DNA of 64,000 bases from Candidatus Latescibacterota bacterium (GTDB lineage: Bacteria; Latescibacterota; UBA2968; UBA8231), in NCBI GenBank assembly GCA_965208105.1, contig OZ242318.1:3552001-3616000 (forward strand), read 5' to 3'. Positions 19,797 through 30,070 of this stretch are shown one piece after another. The position numbers were made by a program, and so were the translations under genes. The notes beneath the pieces are model-generated. The model had not been told where the DNA came from, searched no databases, and saw only the letters and a program-made list of their open reading frames with translations. Within the stretch, counting starts at the first letter, position 1; each line of letters starts with the position of its first letter.

Positions 19797-20600
19797 ATGT
19801 CGGCCACCAGGGAGTTCTTCGAAGAGAATGGATACTACCATGCCCGCGGGGTGTACGATGCGGGCGAGCTGGAGGCGATGGAGGCGGAGTTCGACCGCAT
19901 CGTGGAGCAGATCAAGGCCGCCGAGGAGCCGGTTGACGCCACCTGGAGGGGAGCGAGCATAAAGAAGATCAAGGCCCGGGGCGACGTGGTGGTGCACACC
20001 CACAACGTCCACCGCTTCTCCGCCGTCTGGCTCCAGGCGGTCTTGCACCGGGGGCTCCTGGGGGTTGTGGAGGAAATCCTCGGGAAGGACATCGTCCTGC
20101 ACCACACCAAGCTTTTCCTCAAACCCCCCGAAAAGGGCTCGCCTTTCCCCATGCATCAGGACTGGACCTACTTCCCCACCATGAGGGACAGCATGATGGC
20201 CGGCATCATCCACGTCTCCGAGGCCACCGACGCCATGGGCTGCGTCCGCGTGTACCCCGGGGCGCACAAACTGGGGAGGGTGCCCAACAGCGGCGGCCAG
20301 TCGGACGTCGAGATGGAGCTGCAGCGCAGGTATCCCATCGAGGAGGCCACCGTTGTGGAGGCCGAGCCCGGCGACGTGGTTTTCTTCCATTACTTCATGC
20401 TCCACGGCTCCATGCCCAACCGCTCGAAAAAGAGCCGCAAGACGGTGCTGGTGCAGGTTTACTCCGGCGCCGACAGGGTGGAGGACGGTAACGGCCATCC
20501 GGACGAGCGCCTGGCGCTGCGCGGCTGGAATCACCATATGACCCGCAGCGCCGCGACCAGGAACCATAGCCTGGACGGCGAGCCGGGCAGACCGAGGTGA
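19797..20600 (+). CDS. PhyH family dioxygenase
   Basis: FFEENGY, KPPEKGSPFPMHQD, GCVRVYPGAHK, PGDVVFFHYFMLHGS. Confidence 0.92.
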   Translation: MSATREFFEENGYYHARGVYDAGELEAMEAEFDRIVEQIKAAEEPVDATWRGASIKKIKARGDVVVHTHNVHRFSAVWLQAVLHRGLLGVVEEILGKDIVLHHTKLFLKPPEKGSPFPMHQDWTYFPTMRDSMMAGIIHVSEATDAMGCVRVYPGAHKLGRVPNSGGQSDVEMELQRRYPIEEATVVEAEPGDVVFFHYFMLHGSMPNRSKKSRKTVLVQVYSGADRVEDGNGHPDERLALRGWNHHMTRSAATRNHSLDGEPGRPR

Positions 20601-20695
20601 AGGAGCGGGGATGAGGCCTGCCACGTCCATGCCGGATCGGGGACTGCCCCGCCGGTCGAGCGCATTCGAACCAGGGCCGCGGCGGCGGAGACGGC

Positions 20696-21751
20696 ATGGC
20701 TAGGGGACCGCTGCGGGTGGGCATCGTCGGCATGGGCATCGGCAGGTCGAACGGCCGCGCTCTCCACGCCGACCCCAGGGCTGAGGTGGTGGCCCTGTGC
20801 GACCTCGAGGAAGACCGCATGCGCGAGTTCGCCGCCGAGTTCGACGCGGACCTTAGGCTCTACGCCGACTTCAGGAAGATGTGCCGCGACCCCGGGGTCG
20901 ACGCCGTGTTCGTGGGCACCCCGAACCAGTGGCACGTGCCGGTGGCCCTCGAAGCGGTGCGCCGCGGCAAGCACGTCCTGGTGACCAAGCCCCTGGCCCA
21001 CGCCGAGCGCCCGGCGCGCAGGCTGGTGGAGGCGGCGGAGGCGGCCGGGGTGGTGAACATGATGTCCCTGTCGACCCGCTTCAGCCCGGACTGCCTCTAC
21101 CTGCAGGAACAGGCGGAGGCGGGGGTCTTCGGTCAAATCTACTACGCCCGCTCGCGCTCGGTCAGGCGCAACGGCATCCCCGCCTGGAACCTCGGGTTCA
21201 TCACTCCCGGCGGCGGGGCCTTTCGCGACATGGGGGTTCACTTTCTCGATGCGGCCTGGGCAATCATGGGGCGTCCTCTTCCGCTGACCGCCACCGGGGT
21301 TGCCGGCGCCAGCTTCGGCCCCAGGGGCCGGGGCTACTCGCGTCCGACCACGCGGCGAGTGTGGAAACAGTACGACACCGACGATTACGCCGGCGGCTTC
21401 ATCCGCTTCGAGAACGGGGCCGGCCTGCAGATCGAGAGCTTCTGGGCTTCGCACCAGGCGCGGGAGGAGCAGATAGAGATCTTCGGCACCGAAGCGGGCG
21501 CCACCCTCTCCCCGCTGAAGCTCTTCCGCACCGACGAGGGCGGCCGCGAGATCGACCAGGAGGTGAGGCTGCCGGCCAGCGCCCCCGAAAGGTGGACCGC
21601 CATAGCTTCCCACTTCATCGAGTGCTGCCTCGACGGCAGGACCTGCCGGGCGCCGTTGCGCCAGGGCCTGCAGGTGCAGCAGATGCTGGAGGCGGTCCTG
21701 GCCAGCGCGGCCAGAGGCTCCGAGGTCCGCCTGCGCAACTTCGCGGCCTAG
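20696..21751 (+). CDS. Gfo/Idh/MocA family oxidoreductase
   Basis: VGIVGMGIG, DAVFVGTPNQWH, GKHVLVTKP, GGAFRDMGVH, IFGTEAG. Confidence 0.92.
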   Translation: MARGPLRVGIVGMGIGRSNGRALHADPRAEVVALCDLEEDRMREFAAEFDADLRLYADFRKMCRDPGVDAVFVGTPNQWHVPVALEAVRRGKHVLVTKPLAHAERPARRLVEAAEAAGVVNMMSLSTRFSPDCLYLQEQAEAGVFGQIYYARSRSVRRNGIPAWNLGFITPGGGAFRDMGVHFLDAAWAIMGRPLPLTATGVAGASFGPRGRGYSRPTTRRVWKQYDTDDYAGGFIRFENGAGLQIESFWASHQAREEQIEIFGTEAGATLSPLKLFRTDEGGREIDQEVRLPASAPERWTAIASHFIECCLDGRTCRAPLRQGLQVQQMLEAVLASAARGSEVRLRNFAA

Positions 21752-21849
21752 CAGCCGGGGAAAAACCTGGAATTCATCCGCCGCGGAAAGAGGGGTCAAT
21801 CCCCGCCGCCGGCATCTGATGTGGACCTGAAACGAGCAAAGGAGAAATC

Positions 21850-22740
21850 ATGCTGGAAATGAGCGATCGCGAGAAGTTCCTCTTCGACCTACAGGGCTTT
21901 CTCCACGTCAAGCAGATCCTCACCCCGGAAGAAGTGAAGGCGATGAACGACGCCATCGACGCAAACGTGCCTCCCTTCACCGAGGAGAACTGGACCGGCA
22001 CCAACGTCTACGGCGGCGGCATGGCGGGCAAGGCGTCCGACCACGGCTGCGGCGGCATGCTCACCTGGCCCCAGCCCTGGTGCCAGCCCTTCCGCGACCT
22101 GCTTGCCCACCCGCGGGCCATCCCCTATCTCAACACCATCTTCGGACGCGGATGGAAGCTGGACCACCGTCCCGGCTGCATCATGGCGCGCAAGGGCAAG
22201 GGCGGGCACGGCCTGCACGGCAACACCAGCCGCATCTTCGACGGGGCCCAGTTCTACAACTGCACCAACGGCCAGATCCGCACCGGGCTGACCGTGTTCC
22301 AGTACCAGTTGGCCGACATCAACCCGGGAGACGGGGGCATCACGGTGATTCCCGGCAGCCACAAGGCCAACTTCAAGTGCCCCGAGGACATCATGCTCTA
22401 CAACGAGGACAAGCAGTGCGTCTACAACGTTGCCAGCAAGGCCGGCGACCTGGTGATCTTCATGGAGGCCACCATCCACGGCGCCCTCCCCTGGACCGCC
22501 GACCACGAGCGCCGCTCCCTGCTCTACCGGTACTGTCCCAAGTACATGCAGTGGGCGCCGCACAACTACGGCGACCACGAGCTTCCGGAGTGGACCGCGG
22601 AATTGACCGACCAGCAGCGCGCCGTCCTCGAGCCCCCCTACATGGACAACCGGCCCCTCATCGAGGACGACGGCGAAACCCTGGTGCGCCCGGCGCACGA
22701 GCCCAAGCCCTACATTCCGCGCAAGATTCACGAGATGTGA
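21850..22740 (+). CDS. PhyH family dioxygenase with atypical H-G-N metal motif
   Basis: FLFDLQGFL, GLHGN, IPGSHKANF, EATIHG, RRSLLYRY; AAGGAG RBS. Confidence 0.88.
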   Translation: MLEMSDREKFLFDLQGFLHVKQILTPEEVKAMNDAIDANVPPFTEENWTGTNVYGGGMAGKASDHGCGGMLTWPQPWCQPFRDLLAHPRAIPYLNTIFGRGWKLDHRPGCIMARKGKGGHGLHGNTSRIFDGAQFYNCTNGQIRTGLTVFQYQLADINPGDGGITVIPGSHKANFKCPEDIMLYNEDKQCVYNVASKAGDLVIFMEATIHGALPWTADHERRSLLYRYCPKYMQWAPHNYGDHELPEWTAELTDQQRAVLEPPYMDNRPLIEDDGETLVRPAHEPKPYIPRKIHEM

Positions 22741-22785
22741 GCCGGGCCGGCATAACCGGCAGGCCATCTACCAAGGAGACCGGAT

Positions 22786-23679
22786 ATGTTCGAAGAGTTC
22801 ACCCGAACCCAGGTCGATGCAGGCGGGGTTTCAATCAACCTGAGATACGGCGGCAGCGGGGCGCCGGTGCTGATGCTGCACGGTTATCCGCAGACCCACG
22901 TCATGTGGCACAAAATCGCCCCCGCCCTGGCGCGTCACTACACCGTGGTCGCCCCCGACCTGCGCGGCTACGGGGACAGCGACAAACCCGCGCCGGCGCC
23001 GGGCGATTCCAGCGCCTACTGCAAGAGGGCCATGGCCCGGGACCAGGAAAGGGTCATGAGCGCCCTGGGGTTCGACCGGTTTCACCTGGTGGGCCACGAC
23101 CGCGGCGTGCGGGTCGGGCTGCGCCTTGCCCTCGACCATCCGGAGAAGGTGCTATCGCTGACCAACTTCGACGTCATGCCCTCGCAGGCCGCGTTCGAGG
23201 GGATGGACGCGATGCTGGCTTTCTCCTGGTTTCACTGGAATTTGATGCGGCAGCCGCCGCCGCTGCCGGAAACGATGATCGGCAACAGCGCCAGGGTCTA
23301 CATGGACTTCCTCTTCGACCAGTGGACCTCGGTGGAGGGCGCCATCACCGCGGAGGCCTACGCCGAGTACTGGCGCTGTTTCAGCGACCCCGCCACCATT
23401 GCCGCCACCTGCGCCGACTACCGGGCGGTGGAGCTTGACCTGGAGCACGACGCGGCTGACCGCGGCAGCAAGCTGGCATGCCCCGTCCTCCTCCTGTGGG
23501 CGGGCAACATGGCCAAGCGTCCGGGTTGGCAGACCGGAGGGGCACTGGACATGTTCTCGGCCTGGAGGCAGCGGGCCGACGACGTTCGCGGCAAGTCGCT
23601 TCCCTGCGGACATTTCATCCCGGAAGAGCTTCCTGAGGAGGCGGCGGCGGAGGTGCTGGGGTTTCTGGGAAGCGTCTAG
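22786..23679 (+). CDS. Haloacetate (fluoroacetate) dehalogenase-like alpha/beta hydrolase
   Basis: LHGYPQTHVMW, DLRGYGDS, KRAMARD, GHDRGVR, FHW, CADYRA, CGHFIPEE. Confidence 0.85.
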   Translation: MFEEFTRTQVDAGGVSINLRYGGSGAPVLMLHGYPQTHVMWHKIAPALARHYTVVAPDLRGYGDSDKPAPAPGDSSAYCKRAMARDQERVMSALGFDRFHLVGHDRGVRVGLRLALDHPEKVLSLTNFDVMPSQAAFEGMDAMLAFSWFHWNLMRQPPPLPETMIGNSARVYMDFLFDQWTSVEGAITAEAYAEYWRCFSDPATIAATCADYRAVELDLEHDAADRGSKLACPVLLLWAGNMAKRPGWQTGGALDMFSAWRQRADDVRGKSLPCGHFIPEELPEEAAAEVLGFLGSV

Positions 23680-23840
23680 CAGCCCGTTGATAAAGTTGCT
23701 CTGCAGGCGAGGCAGAGTCATGGCGGTCGAAGGCAAGGCGTGCGACCGAGGCGAATCGAGGGGATTCGGGGAGGGAGCGCAACGCCGTATTCGACCGCCA
23801 GGGCAGGCCGCAGCCCGGATGGACTTTTTCAACGGGCTGC
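23679..23840. mobile_element. MITE/REP-like non-autonomous element
   Basis: Terminal IR GCAGCCCGTTGATAAAGT (23679-23696) vs ACTTTTTCAACGGGCTGC (23823-23840), 17/18 match. Nested perfect 11-bp IR at 23721-23731/23790-23800. Flanks CTAG/CCAG. Confidence 0.65.
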
Positions 23841-23946
23841 CAGGATAACAACCCGAAATTGGAGCCGCTCGAATCGCGGCGCTGGAGCGGAGCGATCCGT
23901 CCCCTGTCCGCCGCGGCCGCCGGGCGGATTCCCAGGAGAGATTCCC

Positions 23947-25080
23947 ATGACGATTCGCGCCATGAGAAGGCTGCCGGAGACCACCGCAAAGCTGGGAGGG
24001 CGGAGCCCCAGGGCTTCCGGCGACAACTGGCACATGACCTGGGCCGCGGACGGCAGCCAGTTCGTCGGGCTGTGCGACGGCTACGGCTGGCCCGAGATCC
24101 GCGGCCACGTGGAAAAGCCCTACAACAGCAGGATCTACAGGCTCAACGGCGATCCTCCCCATCCCGAGTTCGAGCACTTGGCGAGGTTCCCCGACCTCCT
24201 GTCCGAGCGAGGATCGGGCAGGATCAACCGCTACTATGGCTTCGGCATCCTCGCCCTCGACCAGCGGGTCTACCAGTTCCTCAGTACACCCAACACCCCC
24301 TTCTCCGTCGACGGGGCGCGCTTCGTCGGCGCCAAGCTGATCTACTCTCCTGATTCGGGCGAAACCTGGAAGAACCAGGACGGGTCCCCCCTGTGCTGGG
24401 AGGAATGGGACGCCCGCGACCAGGGCAACATGGTTTTCTTCGACGAGCCGGGCGAGGCCTTCTCGCTGCTGACTGTGCTGCAGATGGGCAGGAACTACGG
24501 CGACAATGCCGACGGGTTCGTCTACGTCTACGCTCCCAACGGCAACGTGGAGGGGGCCATGAACCAGCTGGTCATGTTCCGGGTGGAGAGGGACGGCCTG
24601 CTCGACCGCGGCCGCTACGAGTTCTTCGCGGAGCGCCGGGAGGACGGCTCCGCCCGCTGGAGCCCCAGCATCGAGGACCTAGGCGTGGTCCACACCTTTC
24701 CGTCCGGCTGGGTGAACACCATGCGCCACCCCTATGCCTGGCACCCCAGCGTCGTCTACAACGCGGCCCTGGGGGAGTACATGATGGTCAACTGGGGCAT
24801 GGGCAGCAGCGACGACGGCATGTGGTTCGGCAGGCCCACCTACCTGGGCATGTGGACGGCGAAATTTCCCTGGGGTCCCTGGACCCAGGTGCACGAGGAG
24901 GAGGAGTGGCTGCCCGAGGGGACTGCCGGCGCCCGGCCCTACCAGCCGCAGATATCGCCCCGGTGGATCGCCGCCGACGGAAGGTCGTTCTGGCTGGTGT
25001 GGACTGATTACCGGGACGTGGAGAAGCGCAAGCCCTACTACTGCTTCAACTATCAGAAGGTGGAGCTCGACGCGGACTGA
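23947..25080 (+). CDS. DUF4185-like beta-propeller hypothetical protein
   Basis: SGDNWHMTWAADG, one Asp-box YSPDSGETW, PSVVYN, PWGPW, WIAADG; GGAG before ATG 23947. Confidence 0.65.
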   Translation: MTIRAMRRLPETTAKLGGRSPRASGDNWHMTWAADGSQFVGLCDGYGWPEIRGHVEKPYNSRIYRLNGDPPHPEFEHLARFPDLLSERGSGRINRYYGFGILALDQRVYQFLSTPNTPFSVDGARFVGAKLIYSPDSGETWKNQDGSPLCWEEWDARDQGNMVFFDEPGEAFSLLTVLQMGRNYGDNADGFVYVYAPNGNVEGAMNQLVMFRVERDGLLDRGRYEFFAERREDGSARWSPSIEDLGVVHTFPSGWVNTMRHPYAWHPSVVYNAALGEYMMVNWGMGSSDDGMWFGRPTYLGMWTAKFPWGPWTQVHEEEEWLPEGTAGARPYQPQISPRWIAADGRSFWLVWTDYRDVEKRKPYYCFNYQKVELDAD

Positions 25081-25129
25081 GGTGGGAGGATTATATATCG
25101 ATGAGTCCTGAATTTGAGAAGGGCCGCCC

Positions 25130-26962
25130 CTACCGATACTGCTCCGCTTGGGCATTGAACATTCGCGCGTACCAGCCCTTTTGGGCCAGGAGTTCCTCGT
25201 GACTCCCTTGCTCGACAAGCTCCCCCTGATGCAGAACGAGGATGTGATCGGCCATGCGTACCGTGGAAAAGCGGTGGGAGATGAAGATAGCCGTTCGGTT
25301 TGAAGTGAGGTCGGCGAACCGAGAGAAAACATCGCGTTCAGCGAAGGCATCGAGAGCGGCCGTGGGCTCGTCCAGAATGAGAATCTCAGCCTCTTTCATG
25401 AACGCGCGGCTAAGCGCGATCTTCTGCCACTCACCACCCGAAAGATCAACCCCCTCGTCGAATTCCTTTCCCAGGATGGTGTCGTATTCCTTCGGCAGGT
25501 CCTTGATGAGGTCCTGGGCACCGCCCTCGTAGGCCGCCCGCTCAATCCGGTCTGCATCTTCCAAGCGGTCTACTTGACCGAACCCGACGTTCTCCCTGGC
25601 CGAGAGGTTGTAGCGCATAAAGTCCTGGAAAATCACCCCTATTTTGCGTCGCAGGTCGGCCAGATCGTATTCCCGGAGATCCCGTCCATCCAGGAAAATA
25701 GCCCCTTCCGTGGGGTCATAGAACCGTGCCAAGAGCTTGACGACGGTCGTCTTACCTGCTCCGTTCTCGCCTACAACGGCTACCGATTCGTGCGCCCTGA
25801 TCGTAAAGGAGATGTTTTTTACCACATACTTGTCGGAGCCGGGATAGCGGAAGGAGACATGGCGGAACTCGATGCCCTGGTTTATACGGTCGGGAACGGG
25901 CATCGGCGACGCAGGTGGAGGCGCCAGCGCCCCCTCAATCGAACGAGGGTCGAGATCGAGGAACCGGAAGAGAATCCCGGCGAAGATCGTATGCTCGTAG
26001 AACAGCCCCAGATCCCTGAAGAGATTGGAGAACCCAGAGCGCCCCTGCTCGGCAGCCTGGAACGCAAGGGCCAAGGTGCCCACGCTGATATGGCCACCGA
26101 CCGTGCGCACGACCGCATAGGCCCAGATAGATGCCGTCCCCATCATCGTAATCAATCCCAGGAGAAAACCCAATCGTTCACTTGCGAAGTGGAGGCGAAA
26201 GGTTTCCTTGCCGAATGACTCCCAGAACTCGCTGAATCGTCGCAACAATTTCTCGTGCAGCGCGAAGACCCGCACCTCTTTGACTGCCTCCCGGGAGCTG
26301 AGCAGCCGGGACATGTATTCTGCCATCCGCCGGTCACTGGCCATGGCTCCGACCAAGGAAAACCGCTTTCCGGCGAAATGGCCGCCGACGATCACCTGCG
26401 GTGCCGAAGTGACGAGCAGGATTATGGGTGCGGCCCAATGTACTGAGAGCAGCACTGCCAACATGGCGGTAAGTCCCGTCAACGAGGTGACGATGGTCAG
26501 GCACAAGACGGCGAGGTTGTAGGCGCGGAAGCTGCTTTCGCTCCTGGCCTTCTCCATTTCATCATAGAAGGCCGGGTTCTCGAAAAATGCGATGTCCAGC
26601 CGAGCTGCCTTCTTGAGAATTAAATACTGGCTGTGCTGCCCGACGAGGAACCCGACCTTGGTCTGCAGTCCATTGGCTGCAGATCCACATAGAGAGCCCA
26701 GGACCCACACGCTGAAAGCACCAACGATCGGTATCAGAAGCCCCATCCAGTCCACGGTGGCCCCACCGCCATCACCCACGGCGCTGACTACGTTATCGAT
26801 GATAATCTTGGTGATCCATACCTGCGCTGCCGGAACAACCGCACCGATCATGCCCACAGCGACGGAGAGGAGGGCATACATCCTGCACGCATCCCAAATC
26901 AGGCGGATGCACCGAGGAAAATATTCGACGGTCTGGGCTATGGGCCTGAGGTTCTCTAGCAC
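25130..26962 (-). CDS. ABC exporter, fused permease + ATPase
   Basis: N-terminal TM domain; GENGAGKT, LSGGEWQK, ILILDEPT, ISHRFSTV. Confidence 0.93.
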   Translation of the reverse strand: MLENLRPIAQTVEYFPRCIRLIWDACRMYALLSVAVGMIGAVVPAAQVWITKIIIDNVVSAVGDGGGATVDWMGLLIPIVGAFSVWVLGSLCGSAANGLQTKVGFLVGQHSQYLILKKAARLDIAFFENPAFYDEMEKARSESSFRAYNLAVLCLTIVTSLTGLTAMLAVLLSVHWAAPIILLVTSAPQVIVGGHFAGKRFSLVGAMASDRRMAEYMSRLLSSREAVKEVRVFALHEKLLRRFSEFWESFGKETFRLHFASERLGFLLGLITMMGTASIWAYAVVRTVGGHISVGTLALAFQAAEQGRSGFSNLFRDLGLFYEHTIFAGILFRFLDLDPRSIEGALAPPPASPMPVPDRINQGIEFRHVSFRYPGSDKYVVKNISFTIRAHESVAVVGENGAGKTTVVKLLARFYDPTEGAIFLDGRDLREYDLADLRRKIGVIFQDFMRYNLSARENVGFGQVDRLEDADRIERAAYEGGAQDLIKDLPKEYDTILGKEFDEGVDLSGGEWQKIALSRAFMKEAEILILDEPTAALDAFAERDVFSRFADLTSNRTAIFISHRFSTVRMADHILVLHQGELVEQGSHEELLAQKGWYARMFNAQAEQYR

Positions 26963-27061
26963 TGAGCCTCATTCAAGGGTTCTCTAGTCTAAATCGACAA
27001 GGTATATTGGGTCCGATCAACACGGCGCGATCATTGCAAATCATCTCAAGCATGAACCGAT

Positions 27062-29194
27062 ATGGAGCGTTTCACATTAGAACATCTGGTTGGATTAAAG
27101 GTGCCGGCTGCACGTACGCCATTTGATCTCAGTTCCGATGGACGTTTCCTGGCTCTTACGATGGTTTCCGTGGGCAGCAACCCCTCGTTATTGAGGTCCG
27201 GGAATCCTACCGGCGTTCCACAGGAAGTCATGCGTCCCTCGATTGTTGTGGTCGACACCGAGGATGGAAGTTACGTCAATCCATTCGGCGATACAAACCT
27301 CTCCTGGGGATCCCAGTGGTCCCCAGACGGTCGATATCTTGCAGCCTATATTCAGAAAAACGAGAGTCCTGCATGCCTGGCGATATGGGACAGAAGCACG
27401 TCCGAGACGAATGTGCATATCAACCTAAAATATTCGGGTGAATTTGGTTTTGAAGTTCCCAGATGGACAGAAGATGGACGACGGATTTTGATGAAGATGG
27501 ATCCTGGCAAATCGGATGATATTGCTGGAGAATCAGATGACAAAGGAATCCGGCGACGGACGTTTGGCGCATCGGGCGTCCTCCCGGTCGAAGAAATTGA
27601 GAAAAGGGCGAACCTGGTCTCGGTAGACGTGGATTCAGGGGAGGTTTCCTTACTGGCCGAAGATTGGCTGTTTCGTTGCTGGCGGCCGTCTCCCGATGGA
27701 AGGCATGTTGCCTGCCTTCGTCTGGTCGAACACGACGATGTATCGGGGAGGAACATGTGCGATCTGATGGTCATCGGCGTCGGCGACGGAAAGACTGTTT
27801 GTGTTGCGGAGGGGATCGGCCAGTCCTACACGACGGCCTTCAGCTGGTCTCCGGATGGTACGCGTCTGTGCTATTTGACCTGGGGAGGGGAGAACTCCGG
27901 ACATCCCTTTGTAGTCGCTAAGGATGGAGCCGGCAGCCCAATTGATTTAACAGGCGACAGGGATGTTTACGTTCGAAAAGTCGATTCTCTCTATGAACTC
28001 CCCCCGAGGTGGAGTCCGGATTCGGATGCGGTATTTCTACTTGTTCCTGATGGCATCTGGGTTTTCGGAGCTTCGGGGGAAGATCAACGGAAGGTATCGG
28101 TCCCTGAAAATAACACGGTATCCACCTGGCTTCTTCCACAAAAGACTACAGTGGTGAGTACAGCAAAGGTATCGCTTGCCATGACTCGAAAAGACGATAC
28201 GCTTTTTGTTGCTGAATTGGATCTCGAAAGCGGAGATTTTCAAGAAAAACTCAAGATAGATGGATCGATCCAACCGTGCACGCTACTGAATGACGCATCC
28301 AGCGATGGAAATACCTTCTTCGTTGCCAGGGAGTCTGCGACAAAACCTCCGGAAGTCATCAAGGTAAGCGCAGATGGCCCAATAAAGCGTATTTACAAAC
28401 CGCTGTCTTCGATCGATTCCATTGAATTCGGCACGCCAGAGCTTGTTGAATTTGAGAATAACGGCGGCGAGAATTTCAAGGCGGCACTGATGTTGCCTCC
28501 CGGGTTCGATGGGAGCCTGCCCGTACCGGCAATCACTGTGGTCTACGGAGATTACTCATACTCCGAGGATATCAACCGATTTGGATTTTCCTGGACGGTA
28601 TCCGAAGATAATGCCCACTTTTTGGCTCATCGGGGATATGCTGTGATTTACCCGGATATTGAACTTTCCGGCAGGGACCCCATGAATCAGATTGTGGACA
28701 GGACGACGCCTGTGATTGAACACTTGATCGATCGGAAAATTATAGACCCAGATCGAATCGGACTCTACGGCCATAGCTACGGGGCTTACTCCGTCCTGGC
28801 CCTGATCACGGGGTCGAACTTTTTCCGGGCTGCCGTATGTAACGCGCCAATCGTAAACCTGTCCAGCTTTTACGGGAGAGGAAACTGGTTCTGGTTTGAG
28901 ACCGGCCAGGGGAGACTCGGGAAGCCGCCGTGGGGCGATCCGGAGGCGTATGTCCGCAATTCACCGCTGTTCTTCCTGGACAAGGTTCAGGCGTCGGTAC
29001 TGCTCCTTAATGGCAGTGAGGATATAGCCTCTGCGGGGCAAGCAGCCGAAGCCTACAGTGGCCTTCTCAGACTAGGACGGAAAGTGGAGTGGATCCAATA
29101 TGAGGGCGCAGACCACTTCACGCCAGAGTGGGAATGCACGAAATTCGAGCATCTTTGTAACGCTATTCTCGACTGGTTCGATCAGAATTTATAG
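27062..29194 (+). CDS. S9 family prolyl oligopeptidase / acylaminoacyl peptidase
   Basis: Repeated WSPDG propeller motifs; catalytic GHSYG, GSED, GADH; RNSP; no evident signal peptide. Confidence 0.9.
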   Translation: MERFTLEHLVGLKVPAARTPFDLSSDGRFLALTMVSVGSNPSLLRSGNPTGVPQEVMRPSIVVVDTEDGSYVNPFGDTNLSWGSQWSPDGRYLAAYIQKNESPACLAIWDRSTSETNVHINLKYSGEFGFEVPRWTEDGRRILMKMDPGKSDDIAGESDDKGIRRRTFGASGVLPVEEIEKRANLVSVDVDSGEVSLLAEDWLFRCWRPSPDGRHVACLRLVEHDDVSGRNMCDLMVIGVGDGKTVCVAEGIGQSYTTAFSWSPDGTRLCYLTWGGENSGHPFVVAKDGAGSPIDLTGDRDVYVRKVDSLYELPPRWSPDSDAVFLLVPDGIWVFGASGEDQRKVSVPENNTVSTWLLPQKTTVVSTAKVSLAMTRKDDTLFVAELDLESGDFQEKLKIDGSIQPCTLLNDASSDGNTFFVARESATKPPEVIKVSADGPIKRIYKPLSSIDSIEFGTPELVEFENNGGENFKAALMLPPGFDGSLPVPAITVVYGDYSYSEDINRFGFSWTVSEDNAHFLAHRGYAVIYPDIELSGRDPMNQIVDRTTPVIEHLIDRKIIDPDRIGLYGHSYGAYSVLALITGSNFFRAAVCNAPIVNLSSFYGRGNWFWFETGQGRLGKPPWGDPEAYVRNSPLFFLDKVQASVLLLNGSEDIASAGQAAEAYSGLLRLGRKVEWIQYEGADHFTPEWECTKFEHLCNAILDWFDQNL

Positions 29195-30070
29195 CCTCCA
29201 AATAGATTTATTCCGGACCTATTTCCCAGACTAGTATAGGGGCAATCTCAGCGGCATTGTGCCGTTCTCCCAGGCAAACAGATGTCCCCTTCCTGAGAGA
29301 GGCATACCAAACTGCAGGGACCTTGTACGAATCGATCTATGCAAACTCAGCAAACGAGTTACGCAAATTCCCTATGCGTCTCAAAAATATTTGCGACTGT
29401 TAAACCCAGTAGGTACTATCGAGCCAAGACAATAAAGCCTAAGGCAATTTGACTAACCATTGGTTCGGGTAGATGCAGAAAGGTGACATATCCAGGGCAA
29501 ACCCATCCTTCGGAACGCAGCTGAAATGACTGACCTCTCATCGTTGCCTGATATCAAAATCGGATCTCACCTGTTCCATATCCACTTCTTGGCCCTTCGC
29601 GAGTCCTGGTCCGAATTTTCTTGTTGTGACGCAAACTTCAGTTCTTGTCGGACCGGGTTTTTCTCAGGTCGGAGTGCCTACTTGCCAAAGCCGCGCTAGG
29701 CATCTCGGGACTTCGGATGGTGGTCGGAAACCAATTTTGCTCCTTGACAAGTTCCCACCCCAAATTTCCGGTGGCCACTTACTTCATTCCGTGTTCCCCT
29801 GGACTCCGGCGACTTGATTGCTGCAGATACCTGGGTGCTAAGCGTGTTTGAGATTGGAAAGACCGTCGGGAAATTTCAGTTCAAAACCTGTCCATAAGGG
29901 CTTGGTAATTCAAAAAATCCTCGATTAACTATTTCAACCAGCAGTTGAGCCGGTGCCGTTATCCTCAATGCCTACAACTGGGGCAATGCCTTATCTTGGC
30001 TGTGCAGTCCACGATAGTGACTGCCCGGTGTGAGGCCGGTGAAAATTCCCAGCCAAAAGGAGGAGGAGAA

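Noticed and set aside
26950-26986. Direct repeat GGTTCTCTAG twice at the ABC/S9 divergent region
   Set aside because: Only two 10-bp copies, one inside the coding start; too little to call an operator.
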